Source: an uncultured Pseudomonadota bacterium
Lineage (GTDB): Bacteria; Pseudomonadota; Alphaproteobacteria; Acetobacterales; Acetobacteraceae
NCBI GenBank assembly: GCA_963780465.1
Contig: CAWACI010000006.1
Coordinates: 11,676-75,675 of the forward strand
Direction of reading: 5' to 3'
DNA: 64,000 nt
Position numbers and translations under genes: made by a program. The notes under the pieces were generated by a model. The model saw only the letters and a program-made list of their open reading frames with translations. It was not told where the DNA came from and ran no database searches. Every line of letters starts with the position of its first letter. The first letter of the stretch is position 1. This document shows, one piece after another, positions 11,179 through 20,436 of this stretch.

Positions 11179-11551
11179 ATTTCTGCTCCTGCCAGCGCGC
11201 ATGTGGCTTTGCCCCGCGAAATGCGGGGAACGAGGAGGCGGCTATCCGCCCCAGCCCCCGCCAATGCGCAGGCCTCGGCGACACTCGCCAGATCCCACCG
11301 CGTCCTCGGCAATGCCGGAGCGCGTCACGCAGCGCGGCTGCGCCTGCTCCAGCGCCGCGCGTTCGCAAAATATCAGCGGCAATTCCAGGCACTCTGCCGC
11401 GTCTTGCAGCGCTATCCGCGTCCGGCCTTGAAATCCGGCGCCGCCAAAATTTGCGCCGCAATTCCCGCCGCGCGTTTCCGCATCCCGCACGAGCGGCGAC
11501 GATATCCTCCGCCGCAACGCCTGAGGAAAATCCGATCCCCGCGACAATCAT
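11175..11551 (-). pseudogene. cobE: CobE/CbiG C-terminal-domain protein, several single-base indels as assembled
   Basis: Reassembled across frames: MIVAGIGFSSG...APDFKA...ALQDAA...[33 protein letters not shown] overlaps with cobL and cobM. Confidence 0.75.
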
Positions 11552-12796
11552 GGTTTCACCGCCGACCATTGCGTCACCGTCATCCCCGGCCGGAAACCAT
11601 GCAACGTGCCGATCTCATCGAGCCGTTCGACCGAGAGCCGCGTCGAGCGTGCCGCCAAATCTTTCCCGCGCCGCGAACAGAGCCGCCTCCGTCTCGATCA
11701 CCACGCCATTCGCGACCATGCGCCCGCCCGGCCGCAACGCCTGCCAGGCCGTCTCGATCACCCCTGGCAGATGCGCCCCGCCGCCCAGAAACACCGCATC
11801 CGGCACCGGCAGGCCAGCAAGAATTTCCGGCGCGCGGCCTTGCACCACGCACAGCCCCGGCACGCCGAGACTCACCGCATTGCGGGCAATCCGCGCCGCG
11901 CGCACGGGGTTGGCCTCAATCCCATAAGCCATGTTGTCAGGATGCCGCAGCATCCATTCAATCGCCACCGATCCGGAGCCGCAGCCGACATCCCACAACA
12001 CTTCGCCCGCACAGGGCGCCAGCGCGGAAAGCGTCACGGCGCGGATCTCGCGCTTGGTGATCTGCCCGTCATGCTCGAACATCGCATCCGCCAGCCCCGC
12101 CGTCAGCGGAATGATTTTTGCCCCCGCCCCGGCCGCCACCTCGATCGCGACGAGGTTAAGCTTATGGCAATCGGCGAGGTCGAAGCCCGCCGCCGTGGTC
12201 ACGCGGATGCGCTCGCGCGGGCCGCCCAAGGCCTCCATCACATGCAGGCGCGACGGCCCGAAACCACGCTCGCGATAAATAAGCGGCCACTGAAGCGGGC
12301 GTTGTCGCATCCGCCGACGAAGCGCCAGAATCTTGCGGCCCGGCTGCAGCAACGGGGCAAGCGGCGCCATCGGCCTGCCGCAAAACGAGATGCTGGCCGT
12401 CTGCCGCATCGCCCAGCCCAGCCGGGAGGCCGCCAGGGAGACCGCCGAGGGTGCGGGCAGGCACAAAAACTCTCCCACCGGCACCAAGGCCGCCAGCATC
12501 GTGCCCACGCCGTCGCAAAACGGATCGCCCGAGGCCAGCACCACCACGGGGTACGGGCGGCGCGCCAGGATCAGCGGCAGCGCCGCCCGCCATCGGGCTC
12601 GGCCATGCCATCGTCTCGCCACGGATCAACGGTGCGGCCAGCGCCAGATGCCGCGCCCCGCCGACGACCAAAGATCGCCGTCGCCCAGCAACGACCGCGC
12701 GGCAGAACTCAGCCCCTCGACACCGTCTTCGCCGATGCCCAGTATGCTCAGCCAGCGCGACGCTGGCGGCGCCTCTTCCAGCCCGGTATGGCTCAC
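11548..12796 (-). pseudogene. cobL: Precorrin-6Y C5,15-methyltransferase (CbiE/CbiT fusion), about six single-base indels as assembled
   Basis: WLSILGIGEDG, GARHLAL, VVLASGDPF, FEHDGQITKREIRA.TL, LWDVGCGSGSVAIEW, PDAVFLGGG. After correction it ends ..MTVTQWSAVKP* overlapping the cobE ATG. Confidence 0.87.
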
Positions 12797-12798
12797 CA

Positions 12799-13591
12799 AT
12801 GCCACCGTTAAAAACCCTCATCCTGGGCGGCACGAGCGAAGCCTCCGCGCTCGCGACGCTGCTGGCCCACGACACCCGCTTCGATGCCACGCTCTCGCTG
12901 GCCGGCCGCACCGCCGCGCCGCGCCTGCCGGAAATCCCCTGGCGCAGCGGCGGTTTTGGCGGCGTTGCAGGACTCACACGCTACCTCGCGGACAATGCCA
13001 TCCAGGCGCTGATCGTCGCCACGCATCCCTTCGCCGTGCAGATGCGCCAAAACGTCGCCGCCACCATGCGGGCGACGCAAACTTCCTGTCCTGATGATCG
13101 AGCGCCCGGCTTGGCGCGCCGAAGCGGGCGATTGCTGGAGCGAGGTGCCGGACATGATCCAGGCCGCCGCAGCACTCGGCGCAACGCCGCGCCGCGTGCT
13201 GCTCACCATCGGCCGCAAGGACCTCGCCCCCTTCATGGCGGCGCCCTGGCACGACTATGTCATCCGCAGCGTCGACGCGCCGCCGCCCGAAAGCCTGCCG
13301 CCGCGTGCAAAAATCATCACCGCGCGCGGTCCGTTCTCGCAGGAGGCCGACCGGCAGATGCTGATCGAAGAGCGCATCGCGGTGATCGTCACGAAAAATT
13401 CCGGCGGCGGTGCCACCGACTCCAAACTGCACGCGGCGCGGGAGCTGGGCCTGCCCGTGATCATGGTCGCCCGCCCGCTTTGGCCGGATGTCAGCGGGCT
13501 GGGCGCCGGCAGGGCGGAGGATGCCACCGGCGCGCTCCGCTGGCTGGAGACCCTGTCTCACCCCGCTTCCCCGGCAAAGCGCGGCGTATAG
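12799..13591 (+). pseudogene. cobK: Precorrin-6A reductase, one +1 frameshift as assembled
   Basis: LILGGTSEA, SLAGRT..P, GGFGG..GL, ATHPFA. An extra A near 13079-13081 shifts to ..ERPAW, LTIGRK, ARGPFS, VTKNSGG. Confidence 0.9.
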
Positions 13592-14319
13592 ACCCAGGGC
13601 GCCTGCCCGGGCCGTTCGATCCGCCTTGTCGCCGCCGTGCCGATCATCACCAGCGTGCGCATATCCGCGCGCGCCGGGTCGGCTTCGCTTAAGGGGAAAA
13701 TATCAATCCGCTCCTCCGGCCGGCTGACGGCGGTGGCGAACACCACCGGTGTCTCCGGCGGCAGAATTTGCCGCAGCATCTCGAACGCCGCGTTCAGCTG
13801 CCAGGGCCGCGCGCGGGAGAGCGGGTTGTACAGCGCCATCACGAACCCCGCCTCGGCCGCCGCGCGCAGGCGAAGCAGCACCAGCTCCCAGGGTTTGAGG
13901 TTATCGGAGAGCGAGATCGCGCAAAAATCATGGCCGAGAAACGCGCCGATCCGCGCCGCCGCGGCGAACATCGCGGACACCCCGGCCACCACCTCGACAT
14001 CGAGCTCCCGCCACGCCGGATCGCCCTTGTCGATCGCCTCGAACACCGCGCTCGCCATGCCGAACACGCCGGCATCGCCGGAGGAGAGCACGGCAACAAC
14101 CCGCCCCTGCGCCGCCATCGTCAACGCGTGGCGCGCCCGCTCAAGCTCTTCCCGGTTGTCCGAGATATGCCTCACCTGCCCGGCCACCGGCGGCGCGCGG
14201 TCGACATAGGGGCCGTACCCGACCAGGTCGGTGGCCTGCGCCAGTGCCGCTGCCGCCTGCGGCGTCTGCACCGAGGCACTGCCCGGGCCCAGCCCGATAA
14301 TCCATAATTTTCCGCTCAT
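13558..14319 (-). CDS. cobJ: Precorrin-3B C17-methyltransferase
   Basis: IIGLGPG, SDNREE.ERA, SSGDAGVFGMA, GHDFCAISLSDNLKPW, YNP.S..RP, YTPR. Confidence 0.95.
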   Translation of the reverse strand: MSGKLWIIGLGPGSASVQTPQAAAALAQATDLVGYGPYVDRAPPVAGQVRHISDNREELERARHALTMAAQGRVVAVLSSGDAGVFGMASAVFEAIDKGDPAWRELDVEVVAGVSAMFAAAARIGAFLGHDFCAISLSDNLKPWELVLLRLRAAAEAGFVMALYNPLSRARPWQLNAAFEMLRQILPPETPVVFATAVSRPEERIDIFPLSEADPARADMRTLVMIGTAATRRIERPGQAPWVYTPRFAGEAG

Positions 14320-15044
14320 CGTGCGCGCTGCCTACCCGGAACAAGCACCATCGAGAAATAGGGCGCCGGCCCGTCCTCCCGCTCCTGCAGCCGCACGATG
14401 CGTTCCCCCTCCATCGTGCCGCGCTCGACATAAATCGCCCGCTCGAACAGCCCCGCCGCCGCCAGCGCCCGGGAAATCTTCGGCAGATTGCGCCCCACTT
14501 TCATGATCACCGCCGCGTCGCAGAGTTTCAGGCGCTGGGCCAGGCTCACCTCGTCCAGCGTACCGGGCAGCACGCTCAAGACATCGTCGCCATGCGTCAT
14601 CGGCAGGCTGGCGCGGCTCCAACAGCCGCTCATGCCGGTGACACCCGGCACCACCTCCGCCGGATAGGCGGTCCGCAGCCGATCAAAAAGATACATGGCG
14701 GACCCATAGAGAAGCGGGTCGCCCTCGCACAGCAAAGCGACACTCAAGCCCGCGCGCAGCCGCGCGGCAAGCCGCGTGGCGCACGCCTCGTAAAACGCCT
14801 CCATCTCGGCAAGATAGCGCGGATCCTCGACCGCGACCTCGGTGGTGAACGGGTATTCGAAGCGCAGCTCCTCCGCCCCCGGCAGCATCTGGCCGTCGAC
14901 GATGCCCCGGGCATGGCCGGTGCGCCCTTGCTTGGCGAAATACGCCACGACGGGGGCGGCGGCGATGATCCGCGCGGCTTTCAGCGTCATCAGCTCAGGA
15001 TCGCCCGGCCCCAGCCCGACGATGAAAAAACTTGCCGGCATCAT
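14316..15044 (-). CDS. cobI: Precorrin-2 C20-methyltransferase
   Basis: VGLGPGDPELMTLKA, LCEGDPL.YGS.MY, VPGV, IMKVGRNL, APYFS. ATGA overlap with the cobH stop. Confidence 0.95.
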   Translation of the reverse strand: MMPASFFIVGLGPGDPELMTLKAARIIAAAPVVAYFAKQGRTGHARGIVDGQMLPGAEELRFEYPFTTEVAVEDPRYLAEMEAFYEACATRLAARLRAGLSVALLCEGDPLLYGSAMYLFDRLRTAYPAEVVPGVTGMSGCWSRASLPMTHGDDVLSVLPGTLDEVSLAQRLKLCDAAVIMKVGRNLPKISRALAAAGLFERAIYVERGTMEGERIVRLQEREDGPAPYFSMVLVPGRQRAR

Positions 15045-15673
15045 TCCGCCTCGCTGGCCAGTGCGTTCACCGCCGCCGCCGCCATAGCACTGCCACCGCG
15101 CCTGCCTTGCACGATCACGAACGGCACGCGCCCGTCGGCGGCGAGGGCCGCCTTGGATTCCGCCGCGCCGACAAAACCGACGGGAATGCCGATGACCGCC
15201 GCCGGGGGCGGCGCACCGGCATCCAGCAGCTCCAGCAGGCGGAACAACGCCGTCGGCGCATTGCCGATCGCCACCACTGCCCCTGCCATCTGCGCGCCCC
15301 AGAGGTCGAGCGCCGCCGCCGAGCGCGTATTGCCGATGCTGGACGCCAATGCGGCTGTTTCCGGGTTGCGCAAGGTGCAGATCACCTTGTTGGCCGCCGG
15401 CAGGCGCGCCCGGGTGATGCCATGGGCGACCATTTCTGAATCGCATAAAATCGGCTTGCCCGCCTGCAGCGCCGCCCGCGCCACGGCGACGAATCCCGGG
15501 CCGAACCTCACGTCGCCGGGCAGGTCGACCATGCCGCAGGCATGGATCATCCGCACCACCACCGTTGCCTCCTCCGGGGAGAACGCGGCAAGATCGGCCT
15601 CGCGCCGGATGGTGGCGAAGGATTCCGCATAAATCGCCGCGCCGTCGCGGATATACTCTCTGGGCTCGCTCAT
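15041..15673 (-). CDS. cobH: Precorrin-8X methylmutase
   Basis: YIRDG.AIY..SFATIR.EA, RMIHACG, TRSAAA, IGNAPTALF, PVGFVGAAESK, RGGSAMA.AAVN. Confidence 0.95.
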   Translation of the reverse strand: MSEPREYIRDGAAIYAESFATIRREADLAAFSPEEATVVVRMIHACGMVDLPGDVRFGPGFVAVARAALQAGKPILCDSEMVAHGITRARLPAANKVICTLRNPETAALASSIGNTRSAAALDLWGAQMAGAVVAIGNAPTALFRLLELLDAGAPPPAAVIGIPVGFVGAAESKAALAADGRVPFVIVQGRRGGSAMAAAAVNALASEAE

Positions 15674-16851
15674 CTGTACAGGCTTTGTTCCGTCATCCAT
15701 TGAATGGCGCCGTTCAATGACAGACCGGCCTGGTCAGGAACATCCCCGGCCCGCTTATCTCGAACGACGTCGTATGTTTCGTCCGCACCGGCGACGAGCG
15801 TCAGCGCCGCGCCGCCCGGTGCGGCGCACCCTTTGGCACAAGCCGAGACATGGAGCACCCCCGCCCCGGCCCAATGCGGCGCCAGCCCGGCCGCCACGGC
15901 GCGGGCATCGGCAAACGCACTGGGGCAGGCAGGCCGCCCCGCGCAAGCCGCGACCCGCAGCCGCACATCGCCGGGCGCAGTGATGAAGCCCGCCGCTTGC
16001 GCCGCCGCCTCGATGCCGCGCGCCTCGCTTATGCCCAGCAGCACCAGGCTGCGCGTGCGCGTGGTGCGCAAAACCCCGTTGCCGAACCGCTCGGCCAGAT
16101 CCGCCGCGCGGCAGATCATCGCCGCATCCTGGACGCCAAAGGCCAGACCCAGCCCGAAGGCGCGCGGCATCGCCCCGACACTGGCGGCGTGCGCCGGATC
16201 GGGCGGCGAAAGAAACTCCGGCCGCAACCCGGCTTCAGCAAACACCGTTTGGGCGCCGAGCTGTTCCAGAAGTTTTTGCATCCGCCTGGGGCTGGGCGTG
16301 GTTTTTGCGGCCAACCGCAAAAACGCATGAGTCAACGCCTGCGTCGCCTCGATCGGCTCGGGGGCGAAAACAGAAAATCCGCCTGGCAGGACCAGAAGCG
16401 ACCCATTCGGCCGGACAAAAATATTGATATCCGCCGCCCCCTCGGCCAGCGCGAAGCCGAATTTCGCCGGCAATGCCGCCAGCCCGGCATCGCGCTCCAG
16501 CCAGTCCTCCAACTGTTGCGCCAGCGCCAGCGCCGCCGGATCGGGCAAGGCGGGGAGCAGAATATTGCGCCGCCGCTCCACCGCCGGATCAGCGCTGGCC
16601 AGCCCCGCCGCCAGCATCGCCGCCGCGAATCCGGGCACTGTCTCAAGCGACAACCCGCGCGCTTGAAAATTCGCCCGGTTGGTGAGCTCGATCCGCCCTG
16701 AACCAAAATTTTGCGCCGCCGCCGCCAGCGCTCGCATTTGCGCCGCGCTGACGCCCGCCGCGCGCGGCTTGACGCGGAGCAAAAATCCGTCGCCCGCCGC
16801 CATCGGCTCGAACAGGCTGGGGCACCAGCCTTTGGTGATCGCGCCGCTCAT
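15670..16851 (-). CDS. cobG: Precorrin-3B synthase (nitrite/sulfite reductase-like)
   Basis: KGWCP....PM..GDG.L.RV, ELTNRAN.Q.RG, LPAKFGF, [4Fe-4S] motifs AC.G.P.C.S and HVS.C.KGCA. Confidence 0.9.
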   Translation of the reverse strand: MSGAITKGWCPSLFEPMAAGDGFLLRVKPRAAGVSAAQMRALAAAAQNFGSGRIELTNRANFQARGLSLETVPGFAAAMLAAGLASADPAVERRRNILLPALPDPAALALAQQLEDWLERDAGLAALPAKFGFALAEGAADINIFVRPNGSLLVLPGGFSVFAPEPIEATQALTHAFLRLAAKTTPSPRRMQKLLEQLGAQTVFAEAGLRPEFLSPPDPAHAASVGAMPRAFGLGLAFGVQDAAMICRAADLAERFGNGVLRTTRTRSLVLLGISEARGIEAAAQAAGFITAPGDVRLRVAACAGRPACPSAFADARAVAAGLAPHWAGAGVLHVSACAKGCAAPGGAALTLVAGADETYDVVRDKRAGDVPDQAGLSLNGAIQWMTEQSLYR

Positions 16852-19800
16852 GGTTCGGCCAGGAATTCGGCGACGCTGTTGCGCCGGCAGCGCCAGAGAT
16901 CGCGTTGCATCGCATTGCGGAATTTCTCCCGCATCGCCCGGTGCGCCGCCGGGTTGGCACGGCGCAGAAACGCCTCCACCTCAGGCTGCCCCAGGGTCGC
17001 CTCGAACAGCAGGTCGAATTGCGCGTCGAACCGGCCCGGCAGCATCGCTGAGAAGGCATACAGCCCGTCCAGCGCACGGGAGATTTCCGCGGCACCGCGA
17101 TAGTCGTGCCGCATCATGCCCGCGATCCATTCCGGGTTGGCCGCCCGGCCGCGCACCACACGCGCGATCTCCTCGCGCAGCAGGCGCACGCGCGGCGCAT
17201 CGTTGCGCGAGGTATCCACATGATAGAGCGCCGGTGCCGCCCCCAGCGCGGCGGCGGCGGCAGCGAACCCGCCTTCGAAGGCCGCAAAATCGGGGCCATC
17301 CAGAATATCGATCTCGGCATGGTCCTGCTGGTGGATGAAGCCATCGGCCCCGGCGACCCGAGCGGCAAAGCCCGGCGCATCGCTGGCGCCGTCCAGCCCC
17401 TGGCCATAGGCATAGGCGGAGGCCGCCAGATAGGCCTCGCCAAGTGCCGCCTTATTCTCAAAGGCTTCGGCGTGAATAAGTCCCGACACCCCGGCGCCAT
17501 AGGCCCCCGGCGCCGCGCCGAAAATCCGGGCCGTGGCGCGGCGCAACGCGTCTCCCTGCAGCCCGCGCGCGGCGGCGGCCAGAGCGTTCCAGTCCGCCGG
17601 TTCATCGCGCGCGGCGATGCTCTGCACCGCCATGTCGAAGATCAGCATCTGCGTCTCGAAGGCATCGCGGAACAGGCCGGAGATGCGCAAGGTCACATCC
17701 ACGCGCGGCCGGTCCAGCGCCGCCAGCGGCAGGATTTCCACGCCGGTGATCCGGTTGGACGCATCGTCCCAGATCGGGGTCACGCCCATGAGGATGAAGG
17801 CGAGCGCCAGATCCTCGCCCCCCGTGCGCAGCGCCGAACTGCCCCATAGGTCGATCACCAGGCTGCGCAGCCAGTCGCCATGCTCCTGCAGATGCCGGCG
17901 CAGAATCGCCTCCGCGGTTTTTCGGGCCAGGATCGCCGCCGCGCGCGTCGGCGTGGTGCGGGGGTCCAGGCTGTACAGGTTGCGCCCGGTCGGCAGCACG
18001 TCGGCACGGCCCCGGCTCGGCGCGCCGGCCGGGCCCGGGGGGACAAACCTTCCGTCCAATGCGGCCAGCAGCCCCGCCGCCTCCCCCGCAGCCGACATAT
18101 CGAGGGCGGCGGCCAAGGCCAGGCGATCCGCGCCGGGCGATGCGGCGTGGATCGCCTGAAGCAGAAGTTCGCGCCGCTCCGGGGCCGGCTGTTGACCAAA
18201 CACATGCAGCCCGTCGCGGATCTGCAGCTCCTTCACGTCGCACAGATACGCGTCCAGCCGGGCCAGCGCGTCATCCGCCGGCATGTCGCGGGCACCGCCG
18301 CTCTCAGCCAACAGCCCCGCCGCCTCGGCGCGGTCCAGAATTTCCGCGCGGAGCATTTCCGTCCGGCGGCGGTCCAGGCCATCCGCAGCCGCGTAATCGT
18401 CGATCAGCTTTTCCAGCTCCGCCGCCGCGCCATGCGCGCCAGCTGATTTCAGCGGCGGGGTCAGATGCCCCAGCACCACAGCGCCCAACCGCCGCCGCGC
18501 CACCGCCGCCTCGCCGGGGTTGTTGACGATGAACGGGTAGATCACCGGCACCCCGCCGCACAAAGCTGCCGGAAAACAGGTTTGCGGGTCCGGCGCCAGG
18601 GCCTTGCCGGGGAGCCATTCCAGCGTGCCATGCGCGCCGAGATGCAGCAGCGCGTGAATGCCCAGGCACTGCCGCAGCCAAAGGTAGAACGCGATATAGG
18701 CGTGCCGCGGCGGCAGATCCGGGTCGTGATACGCCGCCTTGCGGTCCGCCGCCGTCCCCCTGTCCGGCTGCACCGCGACGATGATTTTCTGCACCCGCAC
18801 ATGCGGCAGCGCGAACCAGCCCTGGCACAGGTTCGGGTCTTCCTCCGGCGCGCCCCATGCTGCGCGCACCCGCGTCTGCGCCTCTGCCGGAAGTTCGGCG
18901 AACAGGGTTTGGTAATCGGCCAGGGACAAAAACTCTGTCGGGGCGATGCCGTGGAGCAACGGCGAAATTTCGTCCGCCGGTACGTCATAGCCTTCGGCAT
19001 GCAACAGCCCCGCAATCGCGTCCAGGCTGGCAAAACTGTCCAGGCCTACCGCATGGCCGATCTGCCCCTGCGCTGCGGCGGCCCCCGGATAATCCGACAG
19101 GACGACGGCGATGCGACGCGACGCCGGCTCTGCTGCCGCCAGCCGCACCCAGCCGGCGGCGCGCTCCGCCACCCAGGCGATCTGCTCTGCCGCCGGCTTG
19201 TGGATCGTCCGCGTGTATTCCGGCCCCTCTTCCCGCTCCCCCTCGGTCTTGAAGGAGATCGCGGTGGTCGAGAGGCGCCCATCGCATTCCGGCAACACGA
19301 TCTGCATCGCCATATCCGCCGGCGAGAGGCCGCGCGAAGAGTTTTGCCAGCCCTCCTGCGTCGATCCCGCCAGGATCAGCTGCAGCACCGGGCAACCCGC
19401 CGCGTCCAGCGGCGAGCCCTCGGCAGCCGGGCCGCGCGCGGAAAACGCGGTGGCGTTGAGCACCACAGCCGGGTGCCATTGCCGGAGTGTTGCGACGGTA
19501 AAGGCGGCGGTCTCGGGCGATTTCAGGCTGTCCACATAGAGCGCACGGCAACGCATGCCGCGCGCCTGCAGCGCCTGCGCCAAAGCCTCGATCGGCGCGA
19601 TATCGCCGGAGAGCAGATGCGAGCGGTAGAACACCAGCACCGCCAGCGGCGCGCTTGCATCTTGGGCGTCCGCCCCGGCCAAGGCGTGCACGCCAAAGCG
19701 GGGCATCGGCTCTGGTTTCTGCTCCGGCGGTGCGCAGAGCCCCGCCAGGGACGCGGCGAGTTGCAGCGCGTTGGACCAGTTGGTGGGACCGCCTTCGCGC

Positions 19801-20225
19801 AGATAGTGGTCGAGTGCCGCGAGCGTGGCGGCATTGACGGTCGAGACCTCCTGCAGCCTTGCGTCGCTCTGCCCCTCGCCCGCGACCACAGCCAGGTTTT
19901 TGCCCTGGGCCCGGCACAGCGCCAGCACCTCCTCGCAGCCATAGCGCCAGGACTCCACGCCGCCGAGCAGCCGGATGATCACGGTTTTCGCACCGCTCAA
20001 CACCTGCTCCACGTAGAGATCAACCGAGAGCGGATGACGCAATTGCGCGAGGCTCGCCAGCCGCAATCCCGGCCGCTCCCCCGCCATCCGGCTCCAGGCC
20101 ATCGCCGCCGCCCCCAGATCCGCATCCGAGAAGGACAGCAGCACCAGATCCGCCGGGCTCTGGCCGAGCTCGACGGCAGCGGCGGCCTCATCCAGGTTAC
20201 GCTGCTCGCGGAACAGGATATGCAT
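16848..20225 (-). CDS. cobN: Aerobic cobaltochelatase large subunit
   Basis: Start MHILFREQ at 20225 (the track ORF extension to 20351 reads through the MITE). HLGAHGTLEWLPGK, YPFIVNNPGE, IRDGLHVFG, DVLPTGRN, DVTLRISG.FRD.F, RG.A.NP.WI. Confidence 0.96.
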   Translation of the reverse strand: MHILFREQRNLDEAAAAVELGQSPADLVLLSFSDADLGAAAMAWSRMAGERPGLRLASLAQLRHPLSVDLYVEQVLSGAKTVIIRLLGGVESWRYGCEEVLALCRAQGKNLAVVAGEGQSDARLQEVSTVNAATLAALDHYLREGGPTNWSNALQLAASLAGLCAPPEQKPEPMPRFGVHALAGADAQDASAPLAVLVFYRSHLLSGDIAPIEALAQALQARGMRCRALYVDSLKSPETAAFTVATLRQWHPAVVLNATAFSARGPAAEGSPLDAAGCPVLQLILAGSTQEGWQNSSRGLSPADMAMQIVLPECDGRLSTTAISFKTEGEREEGPEYTRTIHKPAAEQIAWVAERAAGWVRLAAAEPASRRIAVVLSDYPGAAAAQGQIGHAVGLDSFASLDAIAGLLHAEGYDVPADEISPLLHGIAPTEFLSLADYQTLFAELPAEAQTRVRAAWGAPEEDPNLCQGWFALPHVRVQKIIVAVQPDRGTAADRKAAYHDPDLPPRHAYIAFYLWLRQCLGIHALLHLGAHGTLEWLPGKALAPDPQTCFPAALCGGVPVIYPFIVNNPGEAAVARRRLGAVVLGHLTPPLKSAGAHGAAAELEKLIDDYAAADGLDRRRTEMLRAEILDRAEAAGLLAESGGARDMPADDALARLDAYLCDVKELQIRDGLHVFGQQPAPERRELLLQAIHAASPGADRLALAAALDMSAAGEAAGLLAALDGRFVPPGPAGAPSRGRADVLPTGRNLYSLDPRTTPTRAAAILARKTAEAILRRHLQEHGDWLRSLVIDLWGSSALRTGGEDLALAFILMGVTPIWDDASNRITGVEILPLAALDRPRVDVTLRISGLFRDAFETQMLIFDMAVQSIAARDEPADWNALAAAARGLQGDALRRATARIFGAAPGAYGAGVSGLIHAEAFENKAALGEAYLAASAYAYGQGLDGASDAPGFAARVAGADGFIHQQDHAEIDILDGPDFAAFEGGFAAAAAALGAAPALYHVDTSRNDAPRVRLLREEIARVVRGRAANPEWIAGMMRHDYRGAAEISRALDGLYAFSAMLPGRFDAQFDLLFEATLGQPEVEAFLRRANPAAHRAMREKFRNAMQRDLWRCRRNSVAEFLAEP

Positions 20226-20233
20226 GGCGGTGC

Positions 20234-20436
20234 TAGAGCCTGATCGGTTTAAGGGGAAACATAAAAGCAGCCGCTTTTTTGAAAAAAAGCGGCGCAAAAA
20301 ACTTTTGTTTAACTGGGCCCGTGGCGCTGAAACCAGCACGGCCCAGTTCAAAAAAGTTTTTTTGCTTCTTTTTGTTCACCAAAAGAAGTCTTTTGCTCCG
20401 CTTCGACATGGCTTGCCCTAAACCTGTCACGCTCTA
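20234..20436. mobile_element. MITE-like element, full-length copy 3 with 30-bp terminal inverted repeats and TA target duplication
   Basis: Left end TAGAGCCTGATCGGTTTAAGGGGAAACATA vs reverse complement of right end TAGAGCGTGACAGGTTTAGGGCAAGCCATG (21/30 identical). Internal three-hairpin core; no coding capacity. Confidence 0.88.

Noticed and set aside
2468-13591. Genuine pseudogenisation of the B12 pathway
   Set aside because: The indel pattern (mostly +1, often duplicated bases, locally clustered) with conserved motifs, intact riboswitches and intact flanking genes fits sequencing error better. Kept only as a low-interest finding pending read data.
20226-20351. N-terminal extension of CobN (MNWAVLVSAPRAQLNKSFLRRFF...) in the ORF track
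   Set aside because: It is a read-through of the MITE; the conserved CobN start is MHIL at 20225.
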